Counted from the stretch's first letter, positions 19,731 through 28,783 are shown. The stretch: DNA of 64,000 nt from an uncultured Selenomonadaceae bacterium (GCA_905234235.1 CAJOHN010000008.1:97406-161405), one strand, 5' to 3'. Numbers and translations: made by a program. Notes: generated from the sequence alone by a model not told the origin.

Positions 19731-19836
19731 CTTTTCTTTTGCTGCGCCCAAAAGAAAAGTTACAAAAGAAAAGGGCGTGCCCGCTGAAAAACATCCATGT
19801 TTTTACGCGGGCGGAGCCGTCATCCATGACGGCTCC
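19731..19836 (-). repeat. Structured repeat element, copy A (glnA 3' UTR; sense with glnA)
   Basis: Reverse complement aligns by eye with 28652-28756. Same hairpin modules (CCCGC..AAAAACAT/ATGTTTTT..GCGGG; CGCCC[2x CTTTTCTTTTG]GGGCG; CAAAAGAAAAG). Confidence 0.6.
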
Positions 19837-19847
19837 CAATTACGTTG

Positions 19848-21731
19848 TTAAATGATGTTTTTTTCGTAGGCGTCGTAAAGAGATTTTAGCTCTTCAACCT
19901 TATTGTAAATTTCAACTTGCAGACGCGACGCCGTTTCATATTCGCCGGAGTTCAGCGCGTTGATTAGTTGAGTGAATAAAGATTTTTCGTCGATTGAATC
20001 TTTGGCGAGTGCGGCACGTAATAAAAAAATTTTGTTCCAGTTGTAGGCGTCGAGGTCGGTTACAAATTCGGCGTCGATTTTTTTTGCTTTACGGACGACA
20101 TTGCGCAGTTCGGGCAGGATTCGCGAAATTAATTCAGTCTTCCAACGTAAAAGTGCGCCGTCGCGGAAGGCGTTGATAATTTTTTCCTGCAAAGCTCCGC
20201 CGCTCGATATAATTTTAACTTTGTCGGGATAATTTTTGAACGCTTGCATATTTTCCCAGACGGTTGCGGGCGGCTTACCGAAAAGTCTATCGCGTTCGGC
20301 TTGCGTGAAGTCCTCGAAAACATCTTGCTCACTGCGATAGGCGCGATTTTTCTCAAGATAAAAACCTTCCGTACCCGCGTCCTTACTAAGTTCAGATAAA
20401 AGTTCGGGCGTCTTATGAGTTATCGCCATCTTCACGCCGTCGAGTATCGCCGAATAGCACGCCGCCAATACCAGATAAATATTCGTGTAGGGATTGCAAG
20501 CGCGTAGTTCAAAACGAGTAGCCATTGGATTTTTCAAGTCCCGAATTAAGCTGACGAGAATTGTCCTGTTCCGCGCAGGAATTTTAGGCGTATTGCCGAG
20601 CGAAGTCACGATACAAACGGGAGCCTCGAAGCCAGGCTTTAAACGGTTCAAAGAGTCATTGGTCGCGCTGACGAACGGATTGATGACTTCATAATTTTTC
20701 AGCAAGCCCATTAACGCGCCGTAGCCGACGGCACTCATATAATCTTCGGCAGGATTTTTCGCGGCAAATAAGTTGTGAATTTTTCCGTCCGCCGTCACCG
20801 CCGCAAGTCCAATGTGCGTGTGTTCGCCGTTGCCCGCAAGCCCAATCATCGGCTTGGCTTTGAACGTAACTTCCAAACCATTAGCACGGAAAATTTCCTT
20901 AACGACTGTCCGAACGACAATTTCATTATCGGCGGCTTGCACAGCGTCAGCGAATCGCCAATCAATTTCGAGCTGTTCGCAAACGTGCGTTAAATGCCCC
21001 GACTCGTCAATCTGCGCCTTAAGCCCGCCAACTTCCTTGTGTCCCATTTCCACTTGCAAGCCGTACTTATCAAGCTCGATTATCGACTGCTCCAACGCGC
21101 AACGTACCGCGCCGTGCGTCCGCTCCCAATATTGCTCCTGCATAATTTCAGCCGCGCTCATTTCCTCGACTGAAGCCTCTTCAAGCGGCGTCTTTACCCA
21201 AAATTCAAGTTCGGTTGCCGACGTAAAAACAATGTCGATAATTTCTTTGCCGCTCACGTCTAAGCCGTCAATTTTCGGATGCTTATGGAAAAGATTTACC
21301 AACTCGCGCTTAACGTGAATCAGCGTATCAGTTAAAACTGCGCGGGAGTCGACGCGTTTGCCCTCGTGAATCAGAAAGCCGGGAATTCTCAGCGTGCCGA
21401 CGGGATTATTCGTGACGTTGTCATAATGTTCAAAATTATAATCGACGAACCAATTAACGGTCGGGTCGACGGGCATATCAACTTTGGCATTGTTGAGCGT
21501 AGCAATACCCGGCAACACGACGCTTGAACCGTCCGTCTGAACAGCTCGCCCCGCATAAAATTCGTCAATGTCCTTGATAAAAATGCGCACGGGAATTTTT
21601 TCGTCAGTATCGTTACCCGCCAAATCAATTCCAACCAGCGACACAAATTTTATTTCGGGGTGCTCGCGTAGCTGACGAATAATTTCTTCCTTCGGAGTGT
21701 TCGCTTTAATCGTGTACAATAAATCTGCCAT
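19848..21731 (-). CDS. glnA: Glutamine synthetase, large (~627 aa) type III-like form
   Basis: FKAKPMIGLAGNGEHTHIGL (GS ATP-site pattern) and beta-grasp-like N-terminus IKFVSLVGIDLAGNDTDE. ATG at 21731 after GGAGGTGGA. Confidence 0.8.
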   Translation of the reverse strand: MADLLYTIKANTPKEEIIRQLREHPEIKFVSLVGIDLAGNDTDEKIPVRIFIKDIDEFYAGRAVQTDGSSVVLPGIATLNNAKVDMPVDPTVNWFVDYNFEHYDNVTNNPVGTLRIPGFLIHEGKRVDSRAVLTDTLIHVKRELVNLFHKHPKIDGLDVSGKEIIDIVFTSATELEFWVKTPLEEASVEEMSAAEIMQEQYWERTHGAVRCALEQSIIELDKYGLQVEMGHKEVGGLKAQIDESGHLTHVCEQLEIDWRFADAVQAADNEIVVRTVVKEIFRANGLEVTFKAKPMIGLAGNGEHTHIGLAAVTADGKIHNLFAAKNPAEDYMSAVGYGALMGLLKNYEVINPFVSATNDSLNRLKPGFEAPVCIVTSLGNTPKIPARNRTILVSLIRDLKNPMATRFELRACNPYTNIYLVLAACYSAILDGVKMAITHKTPELLSELSKDAGTEGFYLEKNRAYRSEQDVFEDFTQAERDRLFGKPPATVWENMQAFKNYPDKVKIISSGGALQEKIINAFRDGALLRWKTELISRILPELRNVVRKAKKIDAEFVTDLDAYNWNKIFLLRAALAKDSIDEKSLFTQLINALNSGEYETASRLQVEIYNKVEELKSLYDAYEKNII

Positions 21732-21795
21732 AAATCCACCTCCAATAATTCCGCCACACTTTACCATAAAAATATTTCATGAACAAGTTTTTAAC

Positions 21796-21824
21796 TTGCC
21801 GTCGCCGTGATTTGTAAATATAAT
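21796..21824 (+). promoter_or_regulatory. Sigma70-type promoter
   Basis: TTGCCG, 17-nt spacer, TATAAT. Followed by a strong RBS GGAGGAG and ATG at 21847. Confidence 0.55.
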
Positions 21825-21846
21825 CTTGCCGAGAGGAGGAGACGTT

Positions 21847-22590
21847 ATGAAAAAATTTTTGAGCGCGTTGATAAGAATATGGAAGATATAAGCAACGCCA
21901 CTGAAATTGCACGCGTAGAAGCGAGGCGCGACGCCTCTGAAAAAGCGGGGACGGCTATAAAAAGTTATTCGCGAGTTGGAAGCGGAACTTAGAAAAGCTA
22001 AAGCAGAAAAAAATCAGCACGAGTTTGACCTTAAGCAGAATCAATTTTTAATCGCCAAATACGAGCGCGACTTGGACATCTACGACTTCGACAAAAAAAT
22101 AAATCTGCAAGACATGATGGCGACTGCAGAAAAATTGGCAACCCTTGACGCGGGCAATGCGGCGGCATTTCGTGGGATTGTTTACGTCTATCGTCACGAG
22201 GACAAGATTCAAAACGTCGTCGAATACTGCAAACAGATTTTGAACGCGAACACGTCCGTTGAGTTATCGATTGAAGCTTGCGCTCAGCTCGGCGATATTT
22301 ACTACAATGAAATTTTCGACACGCCGACTGCTAAAAAATACGTCGACATGGGAATTGCTTTCGTTAAGAAAAAATATTCCAAAGCTGAGATTGAAAAGCT
22401 CGTCAACGGCACCAACGTCGAGATTGTAGATTTCAAATTCGTCGGGCGTTCAAATACGGTCAGAGAGCTTTATGTTTTAAAGTCTGACATCGAAAATATA
22501 AACCCCGAGTTTGACCGCATGACAACAATTAAAGATTGTGAGCTTGTCGAGGATAAATTTTATAACATTAAGTACCGCGTCGATTGGTGA
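21847..22590 (+). pseudogene. Hypothetical helical protein, frame broken twice (A6T5 run 21850-21860; A5 run 21959-21963)
   Basis: Three overlapping frames read continuously as MKK(I/F)FERVDKNMEDISN...EKAGTAIK|KVIRELEAELRKAKAEKNQ... if one base is added and one removed. Confidence 0.5.
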
Positions 22591-22592
22591 AA

Positions 22593-23015
22593 TTATTTCT
22601 GAAGCTTCTTCAAATCTTTGTCGGTTACGGCGATTCTCATTGTTACTTTGCAAATTAAGTTTCCTTCGTCGTCAAAACAAAATTTGGCGTTACCCGTTTG
22701 CCGCGCATTTTTTGAAACGAACTTAAAAGCCTCGCTGTCATGTAAAATAAATGCTCTGAATATCTCATGTTCAGTTCCGTCAGCATCATGTTCAATTTTA
22801 GTATCGGTTGTTACTAAAATTTTTTCGGTAAGAACTGCCAAAGCATCCATACGAGCGATTTGACGAGCAAGATTTTTATACATGGGGTCTTTTTGGTCAT
22901 AATTATCCAGATAATAACAACCTTCGGCTTCAAGATATTCTTCTGCAAAAGCTGTCGAACTTACTAAGAACATCAGCGCGAACACCGCGATAAACTTCCG
23001 AAACATTTCAATCAC
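22593..23015 (-). CDS. Secreted hypothetical protein
   Basis: Signal peptide FRKFIAVFALMFLVSSTAFA. Mature part resembles the N-module of the TPR protein at 29936. Confidence 0.55.
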   Translation of the reverse strand: MIEMFRKFIAVFALMFLVSSTAFAEEYLEAEGCYYLDNYDQKDPMYKNLARQIARMDALAVLTEKILVTTDTKIEHDADGTEHEIFRAFILHDSEAFKFVSKNARQTGNAKFCFDDEGNLICKVTMRIAVTDKDLKKLQK

Positions 23016-23062
23016 GCTCCTTTAAGGTTGTTCCCAAAATCTATCACATTTCCTTTTTAATG

Positions 23063-23092
23063 TCGACAGGCAACGGCGATTTATTGTATAAT
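23063..23092 (+). promoter_or_regulatory. Candidate sigma70 promoter for pyk
   Basis: TCGACA, 18-nt spacer, TATAAT. Confidence 0.4.
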
Positions 23093-23120
23093 GTTAAAAA
23101 TTTTTTTGGAGGTCGATTTT

Positions 23121-24533
23121 ATGTTGAAGAAAACTAAAATCATCTGCACGCAAGGACCCGCTACCGACGCGCCGGGCGTTATCGAGAAGCTCATCGAAAA
23201 CGGTATGAACGCCGCCCGTTTTAATTTCTCGCACGGAGATCACGCGGGGCATAAGAAACGTATCGACGCAGTAAAAGCCGCCGCCGCGAAGACGGGCAAA
23301 ATCATTCCGCTGATTCTCGATACCAAAGGTCCGGAAATGCGGCTCGGTCTGTTCAAGGGCGATTCTGTTCAGCTCGTCGAAGGCAACAAATTCATCCTCG
23401 TCAACGACGACATCGAAGGCGACGAAACTAAAGCCACCGTCAACCACAAGCTCCTTTACACCGAAGTTAAAGTCGGCGATAAACTTCTCTTGAACGACGG
23501 ACTTGTTGAGTTGCGCATTGACGAGATTAGAGGCAAAGACATTTACACGACGATTCTTAACAGCGGCAAGATGAGTTCGCGTAAACGCGTCGCCGCGCCG
23601 GGAGTATCGCTCGGATTGCCTGCCGTCAGCGAACAGGACGAGAAAGATATTATCTTCGGCATTGAAAACGATATGGACTTTGTCGCGGCGAGTTTCATTC
23701 AGCGTGCGGCAGACGTTGAGGAAATTCGCGCTCTCATTAATAAACACGGCGGGCACATGGAAATTATCTCCAAGATTGAGAACCTCGAAGGCGTTAAAAA
23801 TATCGACGACATTATTGCGGCGAGCGATGGCATTATGGTTGCGCGCGGCGACTTGGGCGTCGAAATTCCCGCCGAAGACGTTCCCATTATCCAAAAAGAT
23901 ATTATCAAGAAATGTAACGCGGTTGGTAAAGTTGTTATCGTCGCGACGCAAATGTTGGAGAGTATGACGACGAATCCTCGCCCGACCCGCGCAGAAGTTT
24001 CCGACGTTGGCAACGCAATTCTCGACGGCGCAGATGTCATTATGTTAAGCGGCGAGACTGCAAGCGGTAAATATCCCGTCGAAGCCGCAACCATGATGAA
24101 TCAAATCGCACTGCGCATTGAGGAATCTCTCGAATACAAAGAAATTTTCCTTATGAAGGGCATGGGCAGGAAATATTCTCACACCGACGCCATTGCGCAC
24201 GCGACCGTTCAACTTTGCTACGAACTCAACGCCGCCGCGATTATCACGCCGACTAAATCGGGTTATACAACTCGCGTCGTCTCGAAATATAAGCCTAAAG
24301 CTCCGATTATCGCGTTCACGCAGATAGATCAAGTTGCTCGCCATTTGAACTTACGTTGGGGCGTCTTCCCGATTTCCGGCACGCCTTGGCTCGATATTGT
24401 TCAGATGATTGATTACTCGGCGACAAGCGCGCTTGAACATGATTACGTTAAGAAAGGCGACCTCGTTATTTTAACGGCGGGCATGAAGTACGGCGAAGGC
24501 GGCACCAGCTCAATCAGACTGCACACGATTTAA
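23121..24533 (+). CDS. pyk: Pyruvate kinase
   Basis: KKTKIICTQGPA, NAARFNFSHG, IISKIENLEGV, MVARGDLGVEIP; RBS GGAGG. Confidence 0.93.
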   Translation: MLKKTKIICTQGPATDAPGVIEKLIENGMNAARFNFSHGDHAGHKKRIDAVKAAAAKTGKIIPLILDTKGPEMRLGLFKGDSVQLVEGNKFILVNDDIEGDETKATVNHKLLYTEVKVGDKLLLNDGLVELRIDEIRGKDIYTTILNSGKMSSRKRVAAPGVSLGLPAVSEQDEKDIIFGIENDMDFVAASFIQRAADVEEIRALINKHGGHMEIISKIENLEGVKNIDDIIAASDGIMVARGDLGVEIPAEDVPIIQKDIIKKCNAVGKVVIVATQMLESMTTNPRPTRAEVSDVGNAILDGADVIMLSGETASGKYPVEAATMMNQIALRIEESLEYKEIFLMKGMGRKYSHTDAIAHATVQLCYELNAAAIITPTKSGYTTRVVSKYKPKAPIIAFTQIDQVARHLNLRWGVFPISGTPWLDIVQMIDYSATSALEHDYVKKGDLVILTAGMKYGEGGTSSIRLHTI

Positions 24534-24554
24534 AATCCCCGATAAAAATTTTTG

Positions 24555-24578
24555 CCCGTCAATGCGACGGGTTTTTTT
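24555..24578 (+). terminator. Rho-independent terminator
   Basis: CCCGTC aatgc GACGGG followed by T7. Confidence 0.75.
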
Positions 24579-24608
24579 GTGTTATAATCTGCGCGGAGGC
24601 GATTAACT

Positions 24609-25856
24609 TTGGTAAGAAAATTTTATCCGTTGCGCCCGATACAGCGTTGGCTGGTCGATACGCACTTCAATAAGGCAAAATCAACGATGATGAATATCGG
24701 CGGGCTGTTCAAACTTGCGGCGGCAATAGACATGGAACGATTAGCGACGGCGATAAATCAAGTGATAACGACGCACGACGTTTTTAGTTGCAGGCTGGTA
24801 TTTCATCCTCAGACAAGCGAGTTATGTCAAATTTTCAATGAGGAGATTGATTTAGTTCGCGTCGAACATTTGACCAACGAAGAATTTCAAGCACGGTTAG
24901 AAAAATTGCGCGAGCCGTATTACTTGATATACGAGCCGCTTTTCCGCATTTATCTGATTGAGACGCCGAGCGCGAAGTATCTCTACGTGGATTTTTATCA
25001 TGCGATAATGGACGGCGTATCGGCGGCGTATCTGTTTTGGCACGAGATTAACAGAGCTTATCGCGGGCGCAAAAGTAAACGCGAACCGTTGAGTTATGCG
25101 GCTTATGTGGAAGAGGAGGCGAACGTTCCAAAAGAAAAGTTGGAGGCGGGGCACGATTACTGGCGGAAAATCCTCGCGCCCTTTGACGAGAAAAAACATT
25201 TGCCGCCCGTAAACGTTGAAGGCGTAGCGGCATGGACTCAAGGGAATTTCGATTATACCTTCCGCGACTTCAAGCAGGATTTTTTTATTGACAGCGGCTT
25301 GAATGAAAATACTTTTTTTCTCGGCGCGTGTATGTTGACGCTGGCGAAGATTACGGGCTCGAACGAAGCAATAATGAGTTGGATACATAACGGACGCACT
25401 AAGCCCAGTGAATATCGCATAATGGGGCTTATGCTGGAGCAATTTCCTTGCGCGTTCGACTTCCACGAAGACATTACCATTGGCGAATTCCTCGACAAGC
25501 TCACCGAACAGATTAAAACCGGCATGAAGTACCGCAAGAGTTTGGAAGTTGTTTATGACGAGGGGCTTGAAGATGATTGCGTGAGTTTTATTTTCCAGAA
25601 GGCGATGCACGGCAATTTACTTTTAGACGACACGCCCGCGCAGGTTGTCTACTTGCCGCCCAATGAAATTTCTGCCGTCGAAAACGCGCTTGACATTGAA
25701 ATAAACGCTGAGGACAAGGACGCTTACAATTTATTTTTAGATTACGACGCGAGCCGCTATTCGGAAAGTGATATGAATAATTTCGCTTTGACGCTTGAAA
25801 AAATTTTGTTAGACATGCGCGATACCAAACGATTAATTTCCGGGATTCTTGGCTGA
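24609..25856 (+). CDS. Stand-alone condensation (C) domain protein
   Basis: C1-like YPLRPIQRWL, C2-like TTHDVFSCRLVF and active-site-like FYHAIMDGVS (HHxxxDG variant). TTG start 9 nt after GGAGG. Confidence 0.7.
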   Translation: MVRKFYPLRPIQRWLVDTHFNKAKSTMMNIGGLFKLAAAIDMERLATAINQVITTHDVFSCRLVFHPQTSELCQIFNEEIDLVRVEHLTNEEFQARLEKLREPYYLIYEPLFRIYLIETPSAKYLYVDFYHAIMDGVSAAYLFWHEINRAYRGRKSKREPLSYAAYVEEEANVPKEKLEAGHDYWRKILAPFDEKKHLPPVNVEGVAAWTQGNFDYTFRDFKQDFFIDSGLNENTFFLGACMLTLAKITGSNEAIMSWIHNGRTKPSEYRIMGLMLEQFPCAFDFHEDITIGEFLDKLTEQIKTGMKYRKSLEVVYDEGLEDDCVSFIFQKAMHGNLLLDDTPAQVVYLPPNEISAVENALDIEINAEDKDAYNLFLDYDASRYSESDMNNFALTLEKILLDMRDTKRLISGILG

Positions 25857-25896
25857 AAAAATTTTTTCCATAACGAAATTTTTTGCGATGTGTAAC

Positions 25897-25925
25897 TTGA
25901 TTGACACACCGCTTTTTTGTATAAT
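25897..25925 (+). promoter_or_regulatory. Candidate sigma70 promoter for potABCD
   Basis: TTGATT, 17-nt spacer, TATAAT. Confidence 0.45.
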
Positions 25926-25957
25926 GCGGGAAATTTTTTTTGAAAGGTTGCTGGGAA

Positions 25958-27028
25958 ATGAAAAGAGAACTGATACGCTTGGAAAATATAGCCAAGTCTT
26001 TTGGGAATTTGCGCGTGCTCGACGAAATTGATTTATCGATACACGAAAGCGAATTCATAACATTGCTCGGACCGAGTGGTTGCGGCAAGACGACGATGCT
26101 AAGAATAATCGGCGGCTTTGAAATGCCGGACACGGGGCGCGTGATTTTCGACGGCAAGGATATAACGAACTTGCCGCCCAATCGAAGACCGATTAATACA
26201 GTTTTCCAGAAGTATTCGCTCTTTTCACACATGAACGTTGAAGAAAATATTGCCTTCGGACCAAAAATCGCGGGCAAGTCGGCTGATTACATTCGTGACA
26301 AAATTAAATACGCGCTGAAACTCGTCAACCTTGAAGGCTACGAAAAACACGACGTTACAAAACTCAGCGGCGGACAACAACAACGTATCGCTATCGCCCG
26401 CGCAGTCGTCAACGAGCCGAAAGTTTTATTATTGGACGAGCCGCTTAGTGCTTTGGATTTAAAACTCCGCCGGAACATGCGCCGCGAACTCGTCCGCATA
26501 AACAAAGAGACCGGCATAACTTTTATTTTCGTGACGCACGACCAAGAAGAGGCGTTGTCGATGAGCGACCGCGTTGTCGTCATGAATCAAGGTTACATTC
26601 AGCAAGTCGGCACGCCCGAAAATGTTTATAACGAGCCGGAAAATGCGTTCGTGGCTGATTTTATCGGCGACAGCAACATAATCGATGGCATCATGGTTCG
26701 CGACGGCTTGGTTAGAATTTTGGGCAGGGAATATCCTTGCGTTGATAGCGGTTTCCCTGAAAATTCTCCCGTTGACGTTCAGATTCGCCCCGAAGATATT
26801 AAACTTGCCGCGCCGCAGGAAGGTGCTTTTAATGGCGTTGTAACCCGCGCAGTTTTTTGGGGCATGTCTTACGATATAAACGTCGAGGCTGACGGTTTTG
26901 AATGGCTGATTCAATCGACGACGGGGCGCACGGTTGGTGAGAAAGTCAGTTTACACGTCGCGCCGGAAAATATTCAAATCATGAGCAAACCGCAATCGGA
27001 AGACGAGGAGGTTGCTCAAGATGTTTAA
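25958..27028 (+). CDS. potA: Spermidine/putrescine ABC transporter ATPase
   Basis: Walker A GPSGCGKTT, LSGGQQQRIAIARA, Walker B LLLDEPLSALD and a PotA-type C-terminal TOBE-like domain. Confidence 0.88.
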   Translation: MKRELIRLENIAKSFGNLRVLDEIDLSIHESEFITLLGPSGCGKTTMLRIIGGFEMPDTGRVIFDGKDITNLPPNRRPINTVFQKYSLFSHMNVEENIAFGPKIAGKSADYIRDKIKYALKLVNLEGYEKHDVTKLSGGQQQRIAIARAVVNEPKVLLLDEPLSALDLKLRRNMRRELVRINKETGITFIFVTHDQEEALSMSDRVVVMNQGYIQQVGTPENVYNEPENAFVADFIGDSNIIDGIMVRDGLVRILGREYPCVDSGFPENSPVDVQIRPEDIKLAAPQEGAFNGVVTRAVFWGMSYDINVEADGFEWLIQSTTGRTVGEKVSLHVAPENIQIMSKPQSEDEEVAQDV

Positions 27029-27845
27029 TCTCGGCACGCGAAATATTTTGCTGATGCCTTTTTTGATTTGGGCGGGGCTTTTTATTTTTATTCCGCTGAT
27101 ATTTATCGTCTGGTACGGTGTGACTGATTACGACGGAAATTTTTCATTGGCGAACGTCGGATTGATATTTGAGCGCGGATATTTGGACGCGTTGAAGTTA
27201 TCGATATGGCTCGCGCTAATCAGCACGGTAATTTGTTTACTGATGGCGTATCCGCTGTGCTTAATCTTGACGGAACGTCAGCGCGACAACACGACGATAA
27301 TATCGCTACTGTTCATATTGCCGCTGTGGATGAACTCGCTCCTGTCGACGATGGCTTGGCAAACGATTTTGGAGGGCAATGGGATAATCAATCAAATCGT
27401 GCGGCTGTTATCGTTGCCCGACCTGCAGATGATAAACACGGAAGGCGCAATCGTCTTGGGCATGGTTTATAATTATTTGCCGTACATGGTTTTGCCGCTG
27501 TACATCACATTAACAAAAATAGACAGGAGAATTTTAGAGGCGGCGCGAGATTTAGGCGCGAACTCTTGGCAGACGTTCATAAAAATAATTTTGCCGCTTA
27601 GTTTACCGGGCGCAGTCAGCGGAATCACAATGGTATTTATCCCTGCGCTCACGACGTTTGTTATCAGCGCATTGCTCGGCGGCGGCAAGCTCCTCCTTAT
27701 CGGCAACATTATCGAACAGGAATTTACTTTCCAATACGATTGGCACGTCGGCTGTGCGTTATCGGTGATTCTGATGATTTTTATCGTGCTGAATATGATT
27801 TTGACGACGATGTTTGATAACAGCCACGAGGAGGAGGATTTTTAA
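27021..27845 (+). CDS. potB: Spermidine/putrescine ABC transporter permease
   Basis: Six TM segments and the EAA loop ILEAARDLGANSWQTFIKIILPLSLPG. Confidence 0.85.
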   Translation: MFNLGTRNILLMPFLIWAGLFIFIPLIFIVWYGVTDYDGNFSLANVGLIFERGYLDALKLSIWLALISTVICLLMAYPLCLILTERQRDNTTIISLLFILPLWMNSLLSTMAWQTILEGNGIINQIVRLLSLPDLQMINTEGAIVLGMVYNYLPYMVLPLYITLTKIDRRILEAARDLGANSWQTFIKIILPLSLPGAVSGITMVFIPALTTFVISALLGGGKLLLIGNIIEQEFTFQYDWHVGCALSVILMIFIVLNMILTTMFDNSHEEEDF

Positions 27846-28627
27846 TGCGATACGTCAAGCAGATTTACCTCGCGATAATTTTCTTATTCCTCTACGCGCC
27901 GATTGGAGTTTTGATAGCGCAGTCGTTCAACGCGAGCCGTTATCGGGGGCATTGGACGGGCGTGACGCTTGATTGGTACACGAAACTTTTCAACGACGCC
28001 AGACTAGCCGACGCCTTATCAAACACGTTGACAATCGGATTGTTATCGGCGGGCATTGCGACAATTTTAGGCTTGATAACGTGCGTGGCGATGAAGGAAC
28101 TTTCGCGGAAGTGGCGGGCGACGTTCCTTAGCATAACGAACATCCCGATATTGAACGCGGACATTGTCACTGGAATATCTTTAATGTTGTTGTTTATGGG
28201 AATGGGGCTCAAGCTCGGCTACGTGTCGATTTTGCTGGCGCATATCGTCTTCAACGTGCCGTATGTAATTTTGTGTATCATGCCGCAGCTGATGGCGTTG
28301 GACAAAAGTTTTTACGAGGCGGCGTTGGATTTGGGAGCGTCGCCGTTCAAAGCGTTTACGAGCGTAATTTTGCCGGAGTTGCGACCGAGTATTTTTGCGG
28401 GCTTTTTATTGGCGTTCACGATGTCAGCAGACGATTTCATAATTACTCACTTCACGAAGGGCGCGGGCGTCGACACGTTGACGACGGCAATTTACGCGCA
28501 GTTGAAATTGGGCATTCATCCCGAAATGTACGCGCTTTCTACTCTGGTATTTTTTACCGTGTTAATATTTGTTATGTTGTTCGCGATTAATCGTCGCAAG
28601 TTGAAAAAATATGAAGAGGTTTTCTAA
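27845..28627 (+). CDS. potC: Spermidine/putrescine ABC transporter permease
   Basis: EAA loop FYEAALDLGASPFKAFTSVILPELRP. Its start codon begins at the last base of the potB stop. Confidence 0.85.
   Translation: MRYVKQIYLAIIFLFLYAPIGVLIAQSFNASRYRGHWTGVTLDWYTKLFNDARLADALSNTLTIGLLSAGIATILGLITCVAMKELSRKWRATFLSITNIPILNADIVTGISLMLLFMGMGLKLGYVSILLAHIVFNVPYVILCIMPQLMALDKSFYEAALDLGASPFKAFTSVILPELRPSIFAGFLLAFTMSADDFIITHFTKGAGVDTLTTAIYAQLKLGIHPEMYALSTLVFFTVLIFVMLFAINRRKLKKYEEVF
28604..28627 (+). repeat. Direct repeat copy 1 (last 24 nt of potC)
   Basis: aaaaaatatgaagaggttttctaa matches 28760-28783 at 22 of 24 positions. Confidence 0.8.
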
Positions 28628-28651
28628 GAAGAGCCTATGAAAAGCAAATAC

Positions 28652-28756
28652 CCGGCGCACACGGACGTGCGACGCCCCGCGTTGAAAACAGGATGTTTTC
28701 TAGCGGGTGAGCGTCTTTCTTTGCATACTTTCTTTGACGCTAACAAAGAAAGTATG
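28652..28756 (+). repeat. Structured repeat element, copy B (potC-potD spacer; sense with the operon)
   Basis: Hairpins CCCGC..GAAAACA/TGTTTTC..GCGGG and GCGTC[2x TTTCTTTG]GACGC, then CAAAGAAAG. Homologous to the reverse complement of 19731-19836. Confidence 0.6.
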
Positions 28757-28759
28757 AAT

Positions 28760-28783
28760 AAAACATATGAGGAGGTTTTCTAA
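28760..28783 (+). repeat. Direct repeat copy 2 (carries the potD RBS and a TAATG junction)
   Basis: aaaacatatgaggaggttttctaa; the TAA overlaps the potD ATG. Confidence 0.8.

Noticed and set aside
21732-21795. Possible glutamine riboswitch or other leader upstream of the glutamine synthetase gene
   Set aside because: The leader is short with no recognisable conserved aptamer. Only a weak promoter-like sequence is seen.
28637-28783. 48-codon ORF spanning the potC-potD insert (MKSKYPAHTDVRRPALKTG...YEEVF*)
   Set aside because: It has a weak RBS, and its C-terminus is simply the duplicated potC end. The homologous element in the glnA 3' UTR has no equivalent ORF. It is more likely a by-product of the insertion than a gene.
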